Assembly (NCBI GenBank): GCA_964596245.1
Contig: CAZQSK010000005.1
Coordinates: 42 to 64,041, forward strand
DNA: 64,000 nucleotides
Source: an uncultured Gammaproteobacteria bacterium
Lineage (GTDB): Bacteria; Patescibacteriota; Patescibacteriia; 2-12-FULL-60-25
Direction of reading: 5' to 3'
The first letter of the stretch is position 1, and every line of letters starts with the position of its first letter. The translations under genes were made by a program, and so were the position numbers. Of this stretch, positions 27,299 through 35,382 are shown in pieces. The notes under the pieces are model-generated. The model was not told where the DNA came from and did no database searches. It was given only the letters and a program-made list of their open reading frames with translations.

Positions 27299-29608
27299 AT
27301 GGGCCGTCGCAAGAAATCGTCATTTGATTTGACCCTGGAGCCTGAAACACGAAAAGGCGTCGCCGTTGTATTTCTCTTCGGCGCCGCTTTTTTGCTTCTC
27401 CTGTCGTTTTTCGACATGGCCGGTTCATTCGGCCAGGCCCTAAATGAGGGCGTGTCGTATGTATTTGGCTGGGACAAGCTCGTAATCCCGTTCTTGTTGC
27501 TGGCTTGGGCCTATCACGTGCTCGCTCCCGAGCGTTTACCGCTGCGTTTCACCAACATGTTGGGGTTTTTGTTCTTTTTCCTGTCGCTAAACCCGCTTGT
27601 ACACGTTGTCACCTTCCCGTTGAATGCTCCAGTTGCGGATGCGGCTTTACGCATGGCCGGTGGGAAACTCGGTGAGACCGTTGGCGTTGCCTTTGTGCAG
27701 ATGCTCGGCATGCCCGGGAGCATCATCGTCTTCGTCGCACTGCTCGTGATGTCGCTTTTGCTCATGTTCAATGCGACGTTGCGTCAAGTCTTGTTTGTGT
27801 TTGATCTGGCTTGGAAGGGTGTGGCCATGTTTTTCAAAGCGCTGTGGTCTCCTATTCGTAAATGGATGGACGTGCGTTCACGTTCCAAAAATGAAACCGG
27901 TTTGAAGCCTCTGGATGAAGAGACAGAAGAGGAGGAAGAATCGGAGGATGGTGAGGAGGAAGAGGGGGGCGAAGAGGGGGAGGAAGAAGACGAGGAGGGA
28001 GAAGAGGAGGAAGGCGACGAAGACGGAGCTCCGGCCCCGCGTGCCAAGCCGCGTAAGCGCTATCCGCGCATCGAAATTCCGTTGGATTTGCTTGATCGTC
28101 GTGATGACAAACCAACATCCGGTGACATCGTGCACAACCGCGAAGTGATTCGTCGCACGCTGGAGAACTTCGGTATCGTGGTTGAGATGGCTGAGGTGGC
28201 CGTCGGTCCTACCGTCACACAATTTGCCTTTAAGCCGGCCGAAGGTATCAAGCTCTCACGTATCACTGGTTTGAATAACGACCTCGCGCTCGCTTTGGCT
28301 GCGCATCCGATTCGTATCGAAGCGCCGATTCCGGGTAAGTCCTTGGTCGGCGTTGAAGTTCCGAACAAATCGGTGGCCACGGTTGGTGTGCGCGAGATGC
28401 TTGAGGCGCGCGAATTCCGTGAACGTAAAGGTCCGCTCGCTTTCATCCTTGGTAAAGATGTCTCCGGCAAAGCGTGGACCGCTGATCTCACCAAGATGCC
28501 GCACTTGCTGGTGGCCGGTGCAACCGGTTCGGGTAAGTCCGTGGGATTGAATACGATCATCATGTCGTATCTGTACACGCTTGGACCTGATGACGTGAAG
28601 TTCATCATGGTTGACCCGAAGCGTGTCGAATTGCAGGTGTATAACGGCATTCCGCACTTGATTACGCCGGTCATCACCAAGGTTCCGGAAACCGTGAATG
28701 CGCTCAAGTGGGCTTTGCGCGAAATGGACCGTCGTCTCGATTTGTTGGGCTCGATGAATTCCAAGGATATCGGTAGCTACAACTCGCGCGTGCAGGAACG
28801 TTTGCCGTACATCGTCATCATTATTGATGAAATGGCCGACTTGATGGCTTCTTCCGCATCCGAAGTCGAAGGTCCGATCGTGCGTTTGGCGCAGATGTCG
28901 CGCGCTGTTGGTATTCACTTGGTGCTTGCAACGCAGCGTCCGTCCGTCGATGTCATCACCGGTTTGATTAAGGCTAACGTCCCGGGGCGTATCGCATTCG
29001 CCGTCGCATCTGCCACGGATTCGCGCACCATTCTCGATCAGCAGGGTGCCGAAAAGTTGCTTGGTCGTGGTGACATGCTGGTGACCTCAAATGATATTCC
29101 AGTACCGAAGCGTTTGCAGGGGGCATTCGTCTCTGAAGCGGAAATCGGTCGCGTAGTCGACTACGTGAAATCCAAATACGATCCGCCGGAATATGATCCG
29201 GGCGTCGTGGAGCGTTCTTCCAATGGCCCGACGATTTTTGGCGATGGCGGCGGCGATCCGGAAGATTCTGATCCGCTTATTCCCGATGCGAAGGAAGAGA
29301 TCATTCGTGCCGGCAAGGCCTCAGCCTCGCTTTTGCAGCGCCGTCTCAAGGTTGGATATGCGCGTGCTGCACGCTTGCTCGATTTGCTCGAGCAGGAAGG
29401 ATTTATTGGTCCTGGCGATGGCGCCAAGCCGCGAGAAATCTTGAAAGCAGACTTCACGAAACAGATGGATCCGCTGACGGCCAACCGCAAGGCTATCCCG
29501 GCTGCGGAACCTGAGCCGGAAGAGGAAGAAGAGGAGGAGGAAGACGTCGAAATGGATGATGTAGACGCCGAAGCCGAAGAAGAGGCTGGCGAAGAAGAAG
29601 CAAAGTAG
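27299..29608 (+). CDS. ftsK: DNA translocase FtsK/SpoIIIE
   Basis: N-terminal TM helices and a poly-Glu linker (nt ~27915-28030). Motor domain with 'GATGSGKS' and 'VIIIDEMADLM'. Gamma domain 'ASASLLQRRLKVGYARAARLLDLLE'. Confidence 0.95.
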   Translation: MGRRKKSSFDLTLEPETRKGVAVVFLFGAAFLLLLSFFDMAGSFGQALNEGVSYVFGWDKLVIPFLLLAWAYHVLAPERLPLRFTNMLGFLFFFLSLNPLVHVVTFPLNAPVADAALRMAGGKLGETVGVAFVQMLGMPGSIIVFVALLVMSLLLMFNATLRQVLFVFDLAWKGVAMFFKALWSPIRKWMDVRSRSKNETGLKPLDEETEEEEESEDGEEEEGGEEGEEEDEEGEEEEGDEDGAPAPRAKPRKRYPRIEIPLDLLDRRDDKPTSGDIVHNREVIRRTLENFGIVVEMAEVAVGPTVTQFAFKPAEGIKLSRITGLNNDLALALAAHPIRIEAPIPGKSLVGVEVPNKSVATVGVREMLEAREFRERKGPLAFILGKDVSGKAWTADLTKMPHLLVAGATGSGKSVGLNTIIMSYLYTLGPDDVKFIMVDPKRVELQVYNGIPHLITPVITKVPETVNALKWALREMDRRLDLLGSMNSKDIGSYNSRVQERLPYIVIIIDEMADLMASSASEVEGPIVRLAQMSRAVGIHLVLATQRPSVDVITGLIKANVPGRIAFAVASATDSRTILDQQGAEKLLGRGDMLVTSNDIPVPKRLQGAFVSEAEIGRVVDYVKSKYDPPEYDPGVVERSSNGPTIFGDGGGDPEDSDPLIPDAKEEIIRAGKASASLLQRRLKVGYARAARLLDLLEQEGFIGPGDGAKPREILKADFTKQMDPLTANRKAIPAAEPEPEEEEEEEEDVEMDDVDAEAEEEAGEEEAK

Positions 29609-29621
29609 GTAAAAGGGAGGC

Positions 29622-30323
29622 ATGGCCTTCGTCTCAAAGCGTGTACAGGCTGCAGGCCGTCTTGGCCCCGATCTGATTGATTTGCGTGAACGCGTAGGTT
29701 TGAGTATTTCCGAAGCCGCGCAACGCACAAAGATCGCGCCGTCCATTATTAAAGCCTTTGAAGAAGAAACGTGGAGCGAATTGCCGGATCAGGTGTATGC
29801 CGAACGCCTGCTGCGCTCCTACGTTTCTTTTTTTGGTGCCAACGACTCTTACTATCTTCACAAGTTTCGTGAATCACTGGAGGCGCGTGAAATTGTCCGT
29901 GATACATCGGTTTTGTTGCCGCGCGCCATGCGCATCGGTGCACATGAGCTGATCGTGACGCCGCGTGTTCTCGCGGCCCTTGCGTTCTTTGTTTTTACGC
30001 TCGGGCTGGGTGGCTATGTGTATGCGCAAGCGCGCGCGATGTCGGTGGCGCCTCCGCTTGAAATCGTTTCGCCATCTGACGGCCAACGCTTGGATGAACC
30101 GGCTATTTTAGTGACTGGACATACGGCCCCGGGCTCTTCCGTGACCGTGAATGGTGCCGCCGCCGTTGTCGGAGATGATGGGCGCTTTGAATATCGGATG
30201 AATGTACCGCGCGGTTCGACCGTGATTCGTATCGTGTCGCGCCGACGTCACGGAAATGAGTCGACCATCGCACGTCGCGTGATTTACGATCGTCCTCCGG
30301 CGGCGCAAGCATTGCACGAGTAA
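29622..30323 (+). CDS. RodZ-like HTH (Xre-type) membrane protein
   Basis: N-terminal HTH 'LRERVGLSISEAAQRTKIAPSIIKAFEEE', a central TM helix, and a C-terminal beta-rich domain. Confidence 0.7.
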   Translation: MAFVSKRVQAAGRLGPDLIDLRERVGLSISEAAQRTKIAPSIIKAFEEETWSELPDQVYAERLLRSYVSFFGANDSYYLHKFRESLEAREIVRDTSVLLPRAMRIGAHELIVTPRVLAALAFFVFTLGLGGYVYAQARAMSVAPPLEIVSPSDGQRLDEPAILVTGHTAPGSSVTVNGAAAVVGDDGRFEYRMNVPRGSTVIRIVSRRRHGNESTIARRVIYDRPPAAQALHE

Positions 30324-30348
30324 AAAAATAGACCGCGTATTAGCGGTC
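30322..30348 (-). terminator. rho-independent terminator of the small two-gene unit (minus strand)
   Basis: Hairpin gaccgc-gtatta-gcggtc (30331-30348). On the minus strand it is followed by TATTTTTTT, and the stop codon TAA lies in the loop. Confidence 0.7.
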
Positions 30349-30495
30349 GGAGGGGCGGCGGGTCTTCTTGGAGACCAGTCGCATGAGGGTGCCCGGGTTG
30401 CTGGGCTTGCTGGGCAGATGATCTGCGATCCAGTTGAGCAGTGAGGGGGTCACTGCCAGGCCGAAGAGGGTGAGCAGGATGCCGGTGAGCATCAT
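30340..30495 (-). CDS. small membrane peptide (51 aa), GC-rich ORFan
   Basis: 'MMLTGILLTLFGLAVTPSLLNWIADHLPSKPSNPGTLMRLVSKKTRRPSDR': one TM helix plus a basic tail. Nearly all third positions are G/C. The ATG overlaps the upstream stop (ATGA, 30492-30495). Confidence 0.65.
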   Translation of the reverse strand: MMLTGILLTLFGLAVTPSLLNWIADHLPSKPSNPGTLMRLVSKKTRRPSDR

Positions 30496-30674
30496 GCAGC
30501 ATCCGGGGGCTGGGTGTCGCGGTCCTTCATCGACACGGGTGTCGGGGGCGGCGTGCTCGACAGCCTGCGCAGCAGCTGGAGCTCCTCCTCCGGGATCACC
30601 TGAGTCTTGGTGGTCGCGATCTCGTCGTCCGTAGACAACGAGGGTTTGGAACGTGCGATCTTGCGTTCGGTCAC
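30492..30674 (-). CDS. small hydrophilic protein (60 aa), GC-rich ORFan
   Basis: GTG 30674 is preceded by 'AAGGGAG' with a 5-nt gap. High GC3. Translationally coupled to the downstream peptide gene. Confidence 0.6.
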   Translation of the reverse strand: MTERKIARSKPSLSTDDEIATTKTQVIPEEELQLLRRLSSTPPPTPVSMKDRDTQPPDAA

Positions 30675-30711
30675 TGGTTCTCCCTTGTTCGCCGTCCGAA
30701 GACGGGCTATC

Positions 30712-30740
30712 AACGTACCATAAAGTCGTTATTTTGTCCA
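30712..30740 (-). promoter_or_regulatory. promoter TGGACAAAA-..-TACGTT for the small two-gene unit
   Basis: Minus strand reads TGGACA (30740-30735), a 17-nt spacer, then TACGTT (30717-30712). It sits in an AT-rich patch inside the GC-rich island. Confidence 0.4.
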
Positions 30741-30762
30741 GTTTGCTGGACTTTTTTGGATT

Positions 30763-30818
30763 TGAAGACGCGCCCCGTGCTTTTTCCGAAGAATCTCGGA
30801 TTGGCACGGGGCGCGGTC
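30763..30818 (-). terminator. long GC-rich hairpin immediately after the 30821-31555 gene (no U-run)
   Basis: Arms gacgcgccccgtgc / gcacggggcgcggtc (one bulge) enclose an inner tccga/tcgga stem. It starts 3 nt after the stop codon. Confidence 0.55.
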
Positions 30819-30820
30819 AT

Positions 30821-31555
30821 TCAGGTGTCCGGCCAGTAGCGCTTGGCGAGCGCTTCCAGATCCGGGAGCATGGCCGTCGTGACGTCGAGCAGGTTCGAGA
30901 GGAACCCGTTCGTCAGCCAGATGGCGATGCCGACGCGATTCGGCTTGATGGTGACGAACCCGTCCTTGTCCGGCTTGTGGTCCGGAATGTCGGGCAGGCT
31001 CGCCATCCACAGCTCGATCGAGCCCTTCGCGTTTGTCCGCATCTGATAGTAGCGGGCGCGTCGGGGCGTGGTGTGCGGGGCGATGATGAGGGGGTGTTCC
31101 GGCGACTGCAGAGCCTCGATGAGGCGGCTCCAGCGGAAGTCGAAGCGGTTGACGCGTCTCCCGACGCGTGGGTGACCTTGCGGTCCGAGCGGGATCGGAC
31201 GCATCGCGTACATGGACGGGGAGATCGGCTGATCACCCTCGCCCAGGTACTTGATGATGCTTCCGTCCGTACCCGGCGCGTGGCCACCTTGCAGGTAGCT
31301 CACGTACCGCTCGGCGAGCCCGTCGAGCTTGAGCTCGTACGGATCCTTCACGAGCTCTTCCTCGAAGAGGTCGAGCTCGATGATTGGATCCACCTCGCCC
31401 TCGCTGTTGAGAGCCGGAACGATCCAGACCTGATGCAGCCACATGGCTGCGAGCTCGTCCGTGGACCACGGCATGCGCAGTCGCGGAACCCACATCTGCT
31501 GTGCGAGGGCCCTGATGGCCCGCGCACGAGTCGTCTTCTTCTCGTCGTCGGCCAT
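30821..31555 (-). CDS. hypothetical protein (244 aa), GC-rich ORFan
   Basis: AAGGAGG lies 4 nt upstream of ATG 31555 ('MADDEKKTTRARAIRAL...'). High GC3. No motif recognised. The track ORF extends to 31615. Confidence 0.7.
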   Translation of the reverse strand: MADDEKKTTRARAIRALAQQMWVPRLRMPWSTDELAAMWLHQVWIVPALNSEGEVDPIIELDLFEEELVKDPYELKLDGLAERYVSYLQGGHAPGTDGSIIKYLGEGDQPISPSMYAMRPIPLGPQGHPRVGRRVNRFDFRWSRLIEALQSPEHPLIIAPHTTPRRARYYQMRTNAKGSIELWMASLPDIPDHKPDKDGFVTIKPNRVGIAIWLTNGFLSNLLDVTTAMLPDLEALAKRYWPDT

Positions 31556-31816
31556 ATGGCCTCCTTCTTGTTGATGAACGTTCGGGGACATCCGGACAAA
31601 CCTGGAGGTCAACACTTAACACCAAAAGGTGGTTCGCGTTGGGCGAGAACCGCGTTAGGAGCGTCCAGCAAAAGCCGGAGACTGATCGCGGAGAGGATCG
31701 CCGGTCCTCCAAGTGTGTCGGGATGTCCGACTCGGAATCCAAGTTGCCTTGGGTGCCGAGGAGACACGAGCTCAGACCGAGTAGGTCCGAGCTCAAGAGT
31801 CTGAGTGGGAGGGGGG

Positions 31817-32395
31817 TTAGCCCTCTACGGGTTCGGTCTGGCGAATGGTGATCCATCCGCCGGTAACCGGAATGCGTGTGAAGTCGGTGATCGCGCGTTC
31901 GCTGGTACCCCAGTGAACCGGGATGGTCTGCACGTTGCTGACGCCGCCCGGAAGGATGTCCCAGCCGGAGACGGTCTCGAGAATCTCGACCGTCAGGTTC
32001 CGGCTGTCGCGCGCGACTTCAACGCGCAGGTCCCAGTGCATGCAGATCGACGAGGCGTACGACATGCGTACTTGCTCGTATCCTGCCGCGATGGTTCCTG
32101 CCGATCCGTCCGCGTGAACGCGAGACGAGAGCGTGGGCAGCTGGTGACGACTTCCGAGGAAGCCGCCCCACACGCCCGCCGTCGGGTCGCCGTGTCCGTA
32201 GTTCGGGTCGACCGTGAAGGTGACCCGGAGCGGAAGCACGCCGGTGGCGGCGCGTTCGCGATCGCTCATGTTGATCTCGTCGGCTTCGTGAGCCAGATGA
32301 GTCGCCGCGGCGCCGAAGTCGGCGCTGTAGGCTTGCCACAGGGTCACGAGCAGGAAGACGCTGATCGAGCGGTACAAGATCGTTCGCGGTCGCAT
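31817..32395 (-). CDS. secreted hypothetical protein (192 aa), GC-rich ORFan
   Basis: GGGAG lies 8 nt upstream of ATG 32395. Signal peptide 'MRPRTILYRSISVFLLVTLWQAYSA'. High GC3. Confidence 0.7.
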   Translation of the reverse strand: MRPRTILYRSISVFLLVTLWQAYSADFGAAATHLAHEADEINMSDRERAATGVLPLRVTFTVDPNYGHGDPTAGVWGGFLGSRHQLPTLSSRVHADGSAGTIAAGYEQVRMSYASSICMHWDLRVEVARDSRNLTVEILETVSGWDILPGGVSNVQTIPVHWGTSERAITDFTRIPVTGGWITIRQTEPVEG

Positions 32396-32511
32396 GATGT
32401 TGACTCCCGCCCCGCATCGCTGCGGAGCATGAAATGTACAAACCCGTCTTGGTAGACGGTAGGGAGAGATTCCCGTTCTCGAGCATCAAGGGTTGATGAC
32501 CGGGAACGGGT

Positions 32512-32567
32512 CAGGAACGCGTGACGAATCACGCGCTCCTGCCAGGTTAGTTGTTGTTGGTTGGGGG
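32512..32567 (-). repeat. intergenic module copy (stop - C/A-rich tract - CCUGG - hairpin, read on minus strand)
   Basis: Plus strand shows hairpin 32512-32541 (13-bp stem, 1 mismatch), gCCAGG 32541-32546, then the G/T-rich tract 'ttagttgttgttggttggggg' up to stop 32568. Confidence 0.6.
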
Positions 32568-33002
32568 TTAGGCCGCGGCCGTGTCGACGTCGATCTCGAT
32601 CTCATCGTTTCCGATGAGAACGGCGATCTCGCGATCGGTACGCGGGAGCGGGTTGTGGAGGAGGCTGTACGCCACGGCGGCGTCCAACTCCTCACGCGAC
32701 GGGATCGGCTTGGCCTTGGGGGCCGTGCCGAGGATCGTGTCGTCGAGCAGACGCGTGAACGACTGCTCGAAGGACTGCTCGGCCTCGCGATCGAAGGACT
32801 GGATGTCCCAGATCAGGCCGCAGGCCGCATCGAGCTCGAGGCGGATCTCCTCGAGCTCGCGCTCGGCTTCGGCGATGAGGCCGAGCTTGGCGATCTCGAG
32901 CGCGGTCCGCTTGCGCGGCGTCTCGTCGAACGAGATCGGCAGAGTGCCGCAGCGCGAGCTGATCTCGTCGTATCCCATGGTGGGGAAGAGCGAAAGGTTC
33001 AT
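32568..33002 (-). CDS. acidic hypothetical protein (144 aa), GC-rich ORFan
   Basis: GAGG lies 6 nt upstream of ATG 33002 ('MNLSLFPTMGYDEISS...'). High GC3. The track ORF extends to 33041. Confidence 0.6.
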   Translation of the reverse strand: MNLSLFPTMGYDEISSRCGTLPISFDETPRKRTALEIAKLGLIAEAERELEEIRLELDAACGLIWDIQSFDREAEQSFEQSFTRLLDDTILGTAPKAKPIPSREELDAAVAYSLLHNPLPRTDREIAVLIGNDEIEIDVDTAAA

Positions 33003-33112
33003 GACTGACCTCGTGGTTCGGGGAAGAAACATCCGTATCATCCAGAGCGTTCACGGAAGAAGTACCGTGTCGCCCAAATCGATGATCGAGAGACTCAATC
33101 GGCGATTGGGGC

Positions 33113-33210
33113 GGACGTCGCAGGCAGGTTTGTATCCCGCGCCGCGACGTCCCAGGGGTATGTAGTTGAAGGTTCGGAATGTCCGGGTTGGTTGCCGTTT
33201 GGTGGGAATG
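33113..33210 (-). repeat. intergenic module copy (hairpin - CCAGG - G/T-rich tract on plus strand)
   Basis: Hairpin ggacgtcgc...gcgacgtcc (33113-33152), CCAGG 33152-33156, then 'ggtatgtagttgaaggttcggaatgtccgggttggttgccgtttggtggg'. It shares 'gttgaaggttcgg' with the 34434-34489 copy. Confidence 0.55.
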
Positions 33211-33290
33211 GCGTTCGTGAGCCCCGTTGGGGTCTATCGAACCGCTCATCCGTTGTGGCAACACTGGTCCCTCATCATTCCGTTGCGGAC

Positions 33291-33899
33291 CTACTCGGCC
33301 GCGACCGGCTCCGGCTGCGCCTTGCGGCGCGCGCTCGCCCGCTTCGGCTTCGCCGGCGCGGTGAGCTTGCGCAGCTCCGCCATGAGGCTCTCGAGCTTCT
33401 CCGTGGGGAGGCGCTCGAGGCTCGTCGGCGTGCGCGGGAGCTTGTCCTCGGTGACGCCGCGGTCCTTGAGGACGCGGCGCGTCGAGAGCAGGAGCTCGCG
33501 GTAGGTCTTCACAGCCTCCCGCTGCGCCGCCTGGCGGTCGAGCTTGCTCGCGAGCGCGCTCACCACGGGGGCGAGGCGCTTGCTCTTCTCGGCATCGGCC
33601 TCGAGGGCCGCCTGCGTGTCCGCCGCGGCCTTGGCCTCGGCGTCCGCCTTGTTGGCGTCCTCGCACTCCTGCGCGATGGCCGCGTAGCTCATGCCGAGGA
33701 ACTGGAGCTCCTCGAGGCCGAGCTTGGTGAAGCCTTCGGGGAGCTTCACGCGATCCGCCTCCGCGACGCCGCGGGAGCGCTGCAGCGCGTACGCCCGCCG
33801 CTCCGCCTTGTGGGCGGCCTGGCGCGCGTCGTGCAGGATCTTGTCCTGCTGCTGCTTCGCGGCCTGAGCGACGACGTTGAGGTTGGTGATCGTGAGCAT
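33291..33899 (-). CDS. coiled-coil-like hypothetical protein with basic C-tail (202 aa), GC-rich ORFan
   Basis: AGGAGA lies 5 nt upstream of ATG 33899 ('MLTITNLNVVAQAAKQQQDK...KPKRASARRKAQPEPVAAE'). Ala/Glu/Lys/Arg-rich. The track ORF extends to 34109. Confidence 0.65.
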   Translation of the reverse strand: MLTITNLNVVAQAAKQQQDKILHDARQAAHKAERRAYALQRSRGVAEADRVKLPEGFTKLGLEELQFLGMSYAAIAQECEDANKADAEAKAAADTQAALEADAEKSKRLAPVVSALASKLDRQAAQREAVKTYRELLLSTRRVLKDRGVTEDKLPRTPTSLERLPTEKLESLMAELRKLTAPAKPKRASARRKAQPEPVAAE

Positions 33900-34216
33900 G
33901 GCACTCTCCTGGCTTGTCGTTTCGGTTTCGTTGGTTACGGGAACATCCCCGCAACGCCCATCTCGATGGCCGATCAAAAGTATCGGCGCCCGGGATGGGC
34001 GTGCGTGAGCACGCCCGTGTGAAGGTGCCCCGTCCGATATGATCAGACGGAAGGATGTAGGGACGAGGGAGAATGGCCGGCCGAAGCAAGACATTTCTCC
34101 GAAGGACAATTCAATTGGGATTGGCAGATTGCTCCGCCGTGCCCGACTTCGTTGTCCGCATCATCCGTTCCCATGTTCGGGTTCGGAATGATGTTCGCCC
34201 TCCACATCGCTCCATC

Positions 34217-34367
34217 CAACATTTTGGAGGCGGAAATGGTCCACCTGGCCCGAAGGCCCGCAGATCCGCACCAGCCTTGGTCGAACGATCCCAGTCGAAA
34301 CCGAGTTCGAACGATTCAGGCTGGAGTTGAGACGTATTACTACGGCTCGTCCTCCTCCAAAATGTTG
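34217..34367. ncRNA. candidate structured RNA: 14-bp perfect inverted repeat enclosing nested stems, in a ~590-nt gene-poor spacer
   Basis: CAACATTTTGGAGG 34217-34230 pairs with CCTCCAAAATGTTG 34354-34367. Inner complementary pairs are cagcct/aggctg, tcgaac/gttcga and ggcc-cgaa-ggcc. Strand and function are unknown. Confidence 0.35.
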
Positions 34368-34433
34368 TATGCAGCGAACGGTTGAAAGATCAGCAGCAGA
34401 GTCCGATGGTTGGATCGGCCTCTTGTGCTGATC

Positions 34434-34489
34434 GGCGAGTGAGTTCACTCGCCGCCAGGGTTAGGGTTGAAGGTTCGGGGTGTAGTTGG
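34434..34489 (-). repeat. intergenic module copy (stop - C/A-rich tract - CCUGG - hairpin, read on minus strand)
   Basis: Plus strand shows hairpin ggcgagtg-agtt-cactcgcc (34434-34453), CCAGG 34455-34459, then 'gttagggttgaaggttcggggtgtagttggt' up to stop 34490. Confidence 0.6.
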
Positions 34490-34837
34490 TCAGGAGGCGA
34501 GGGCCTCCGGGGTCTCGTCGATCATCTCGGCGGCGCGCGCGTTGCGTGCGCGGGTGAGGCCCGCGAGCACACGCTTGGTCGCAGCGACGATCGTGGCGTA
34601 GGGGCGCTCCTCGTTGTGCATCGTGCACACGATGAGGATGGCCTCGGCGCGCTCCTTCTCCACGCCGCTGAGGCTCTCCACGGGGCGCTGCATGAGCTCC
34701 TCGCAGTTGAGCGCCGCGATGAGGTCCTCGGCGTTGATCGCCTTGAACTCCATCTCGGTGCACTTGCCCTGGCGGATCGATGCGTGCTCGAGAGCCTTCT
34801 CGAGCGTCTTCGTGAGCAGATCCTTCTTCTTCGACAT
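34490..34837 (-). CDS. hypothetical protein (115 aa), GC-rich ORFan
   Basis: ATG 34837 has GAGG ~10 nt upstream. High GC3. 'MSKKKDLLTKTLEKALEHASIRQGKCTEMEFKAINAEDLIAALNCEELMQ...'. Confidence 0.65.
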   Translation of the reverse strand: MSKKKDLLTKTLEKALEHASIRQGKCTEMEFKAINAEDLIAALNCEELMQRPVESLSGVEKERAEAILIVCTMHNEERPYATIVAATKRVLAGLTRARNARAAEMIDETPEALAS

Positions 34838-34884
34838 TTCTCGGTACCTCGTGCTGTTGGATGTGGATGGTGCGTGATGCAGCG

Positions 34885-35070
34885 CTAGCGCCGCACCTTC
34901 TTCTTCCGGTTCGGGCGGCTGCTGACCGAGCTCGACCCGGTCATCACGTAGCGCGTGGACGGCTGCGCGATCTGACGATCGCGATCCTTCCGCATGCTCA
35001 GGGCCCGCTCCACGTCCTCGTCGGACGTGCAGTACGTACCACCGACCGTGATCAGGTTCTTCTGACTCAT
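34885..35070 (-). CDS. small basic-tailed protein (61 aa), ORFan
   Basis: ATG 35070 follows 'GGGGTGAAGAG'. 'MSQKNLITVGGTYCTSDEDVERALSMRKDRDRQIAQ...RPNRKKKVRR'. The track ORF start (35175) is the TTG of the promoter -35 hexamer. Confidence 0.5.
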   Translation of the reverse strand: MSQKNLITVGGTYCTSDEDVERALSMRKDRDRQIAQPSTRYVMTGSSSVSSRPNRKKKVRR

Positions 35071-35146
35071 CTCTTCACCCCGAAAGGTGCTGGATCCCGG
35101 ATTCCGCTCAGAACCACCTGAGACGGTTTCCAGAATCGAACGGGCT

Positions 35147-35175
35147 AGGATAACATAAAAAGAGGGTTTTGTCAA
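35147..35175 (-). promoter_or_regulatory. promoter TTGACAAAACCC-..-TATCCT driving the first genes of the eight-gene island
   Basis: Minus strand reads TTGACA (35175-35170), a 17-nt spacer, then TATCCT (35152-35147). The first 12 nt are identical to the promoter at 43672. Confidence 0.5.
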
Positions 35176-35382
35176 GGGTTGCAGGACAGCGTTATCTAGA
35201 TTAAATGCGCTACAATTAGCGACAAATATAGATCATTGTTAAAATTGTCTAAAATTAGCCAACAGCAAATTGGCTTAGTTGAGCTATCAATGGGGATAAG
35301 AAGATTCAAGATTGGGTTCAAAAATAGCGGTTTTGGCTCAGATCAGCGTTTTTTGACAAAAGTGCCTCAGATTCGCATTCCC

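Noticed and set aside
27915-28030. Purine-rich (GAA/GAG) repetitive stretch, and a second one at 29515-29605
   Set aside because: These are low-complexity poly-Glu linker and tail segments within ftsK, not a separate repeat element or microsatellite locus of independent interest.
32692-34089. 465-aa minus-strand ORF (also 30653-31804 +, 33192-34022 +, 31233-31856 -, 25211-25906 -, 25225-25992 -): very long ORFs inside GC-rich blocks
   Set aside because: Their translations are Arg/Pro/Gly/His-rich low-complexity strings. They overlap better-supported frames that have SD sites and much higher GC3. Stop-poor shadow ORFs are expected in GC-rich DNA.
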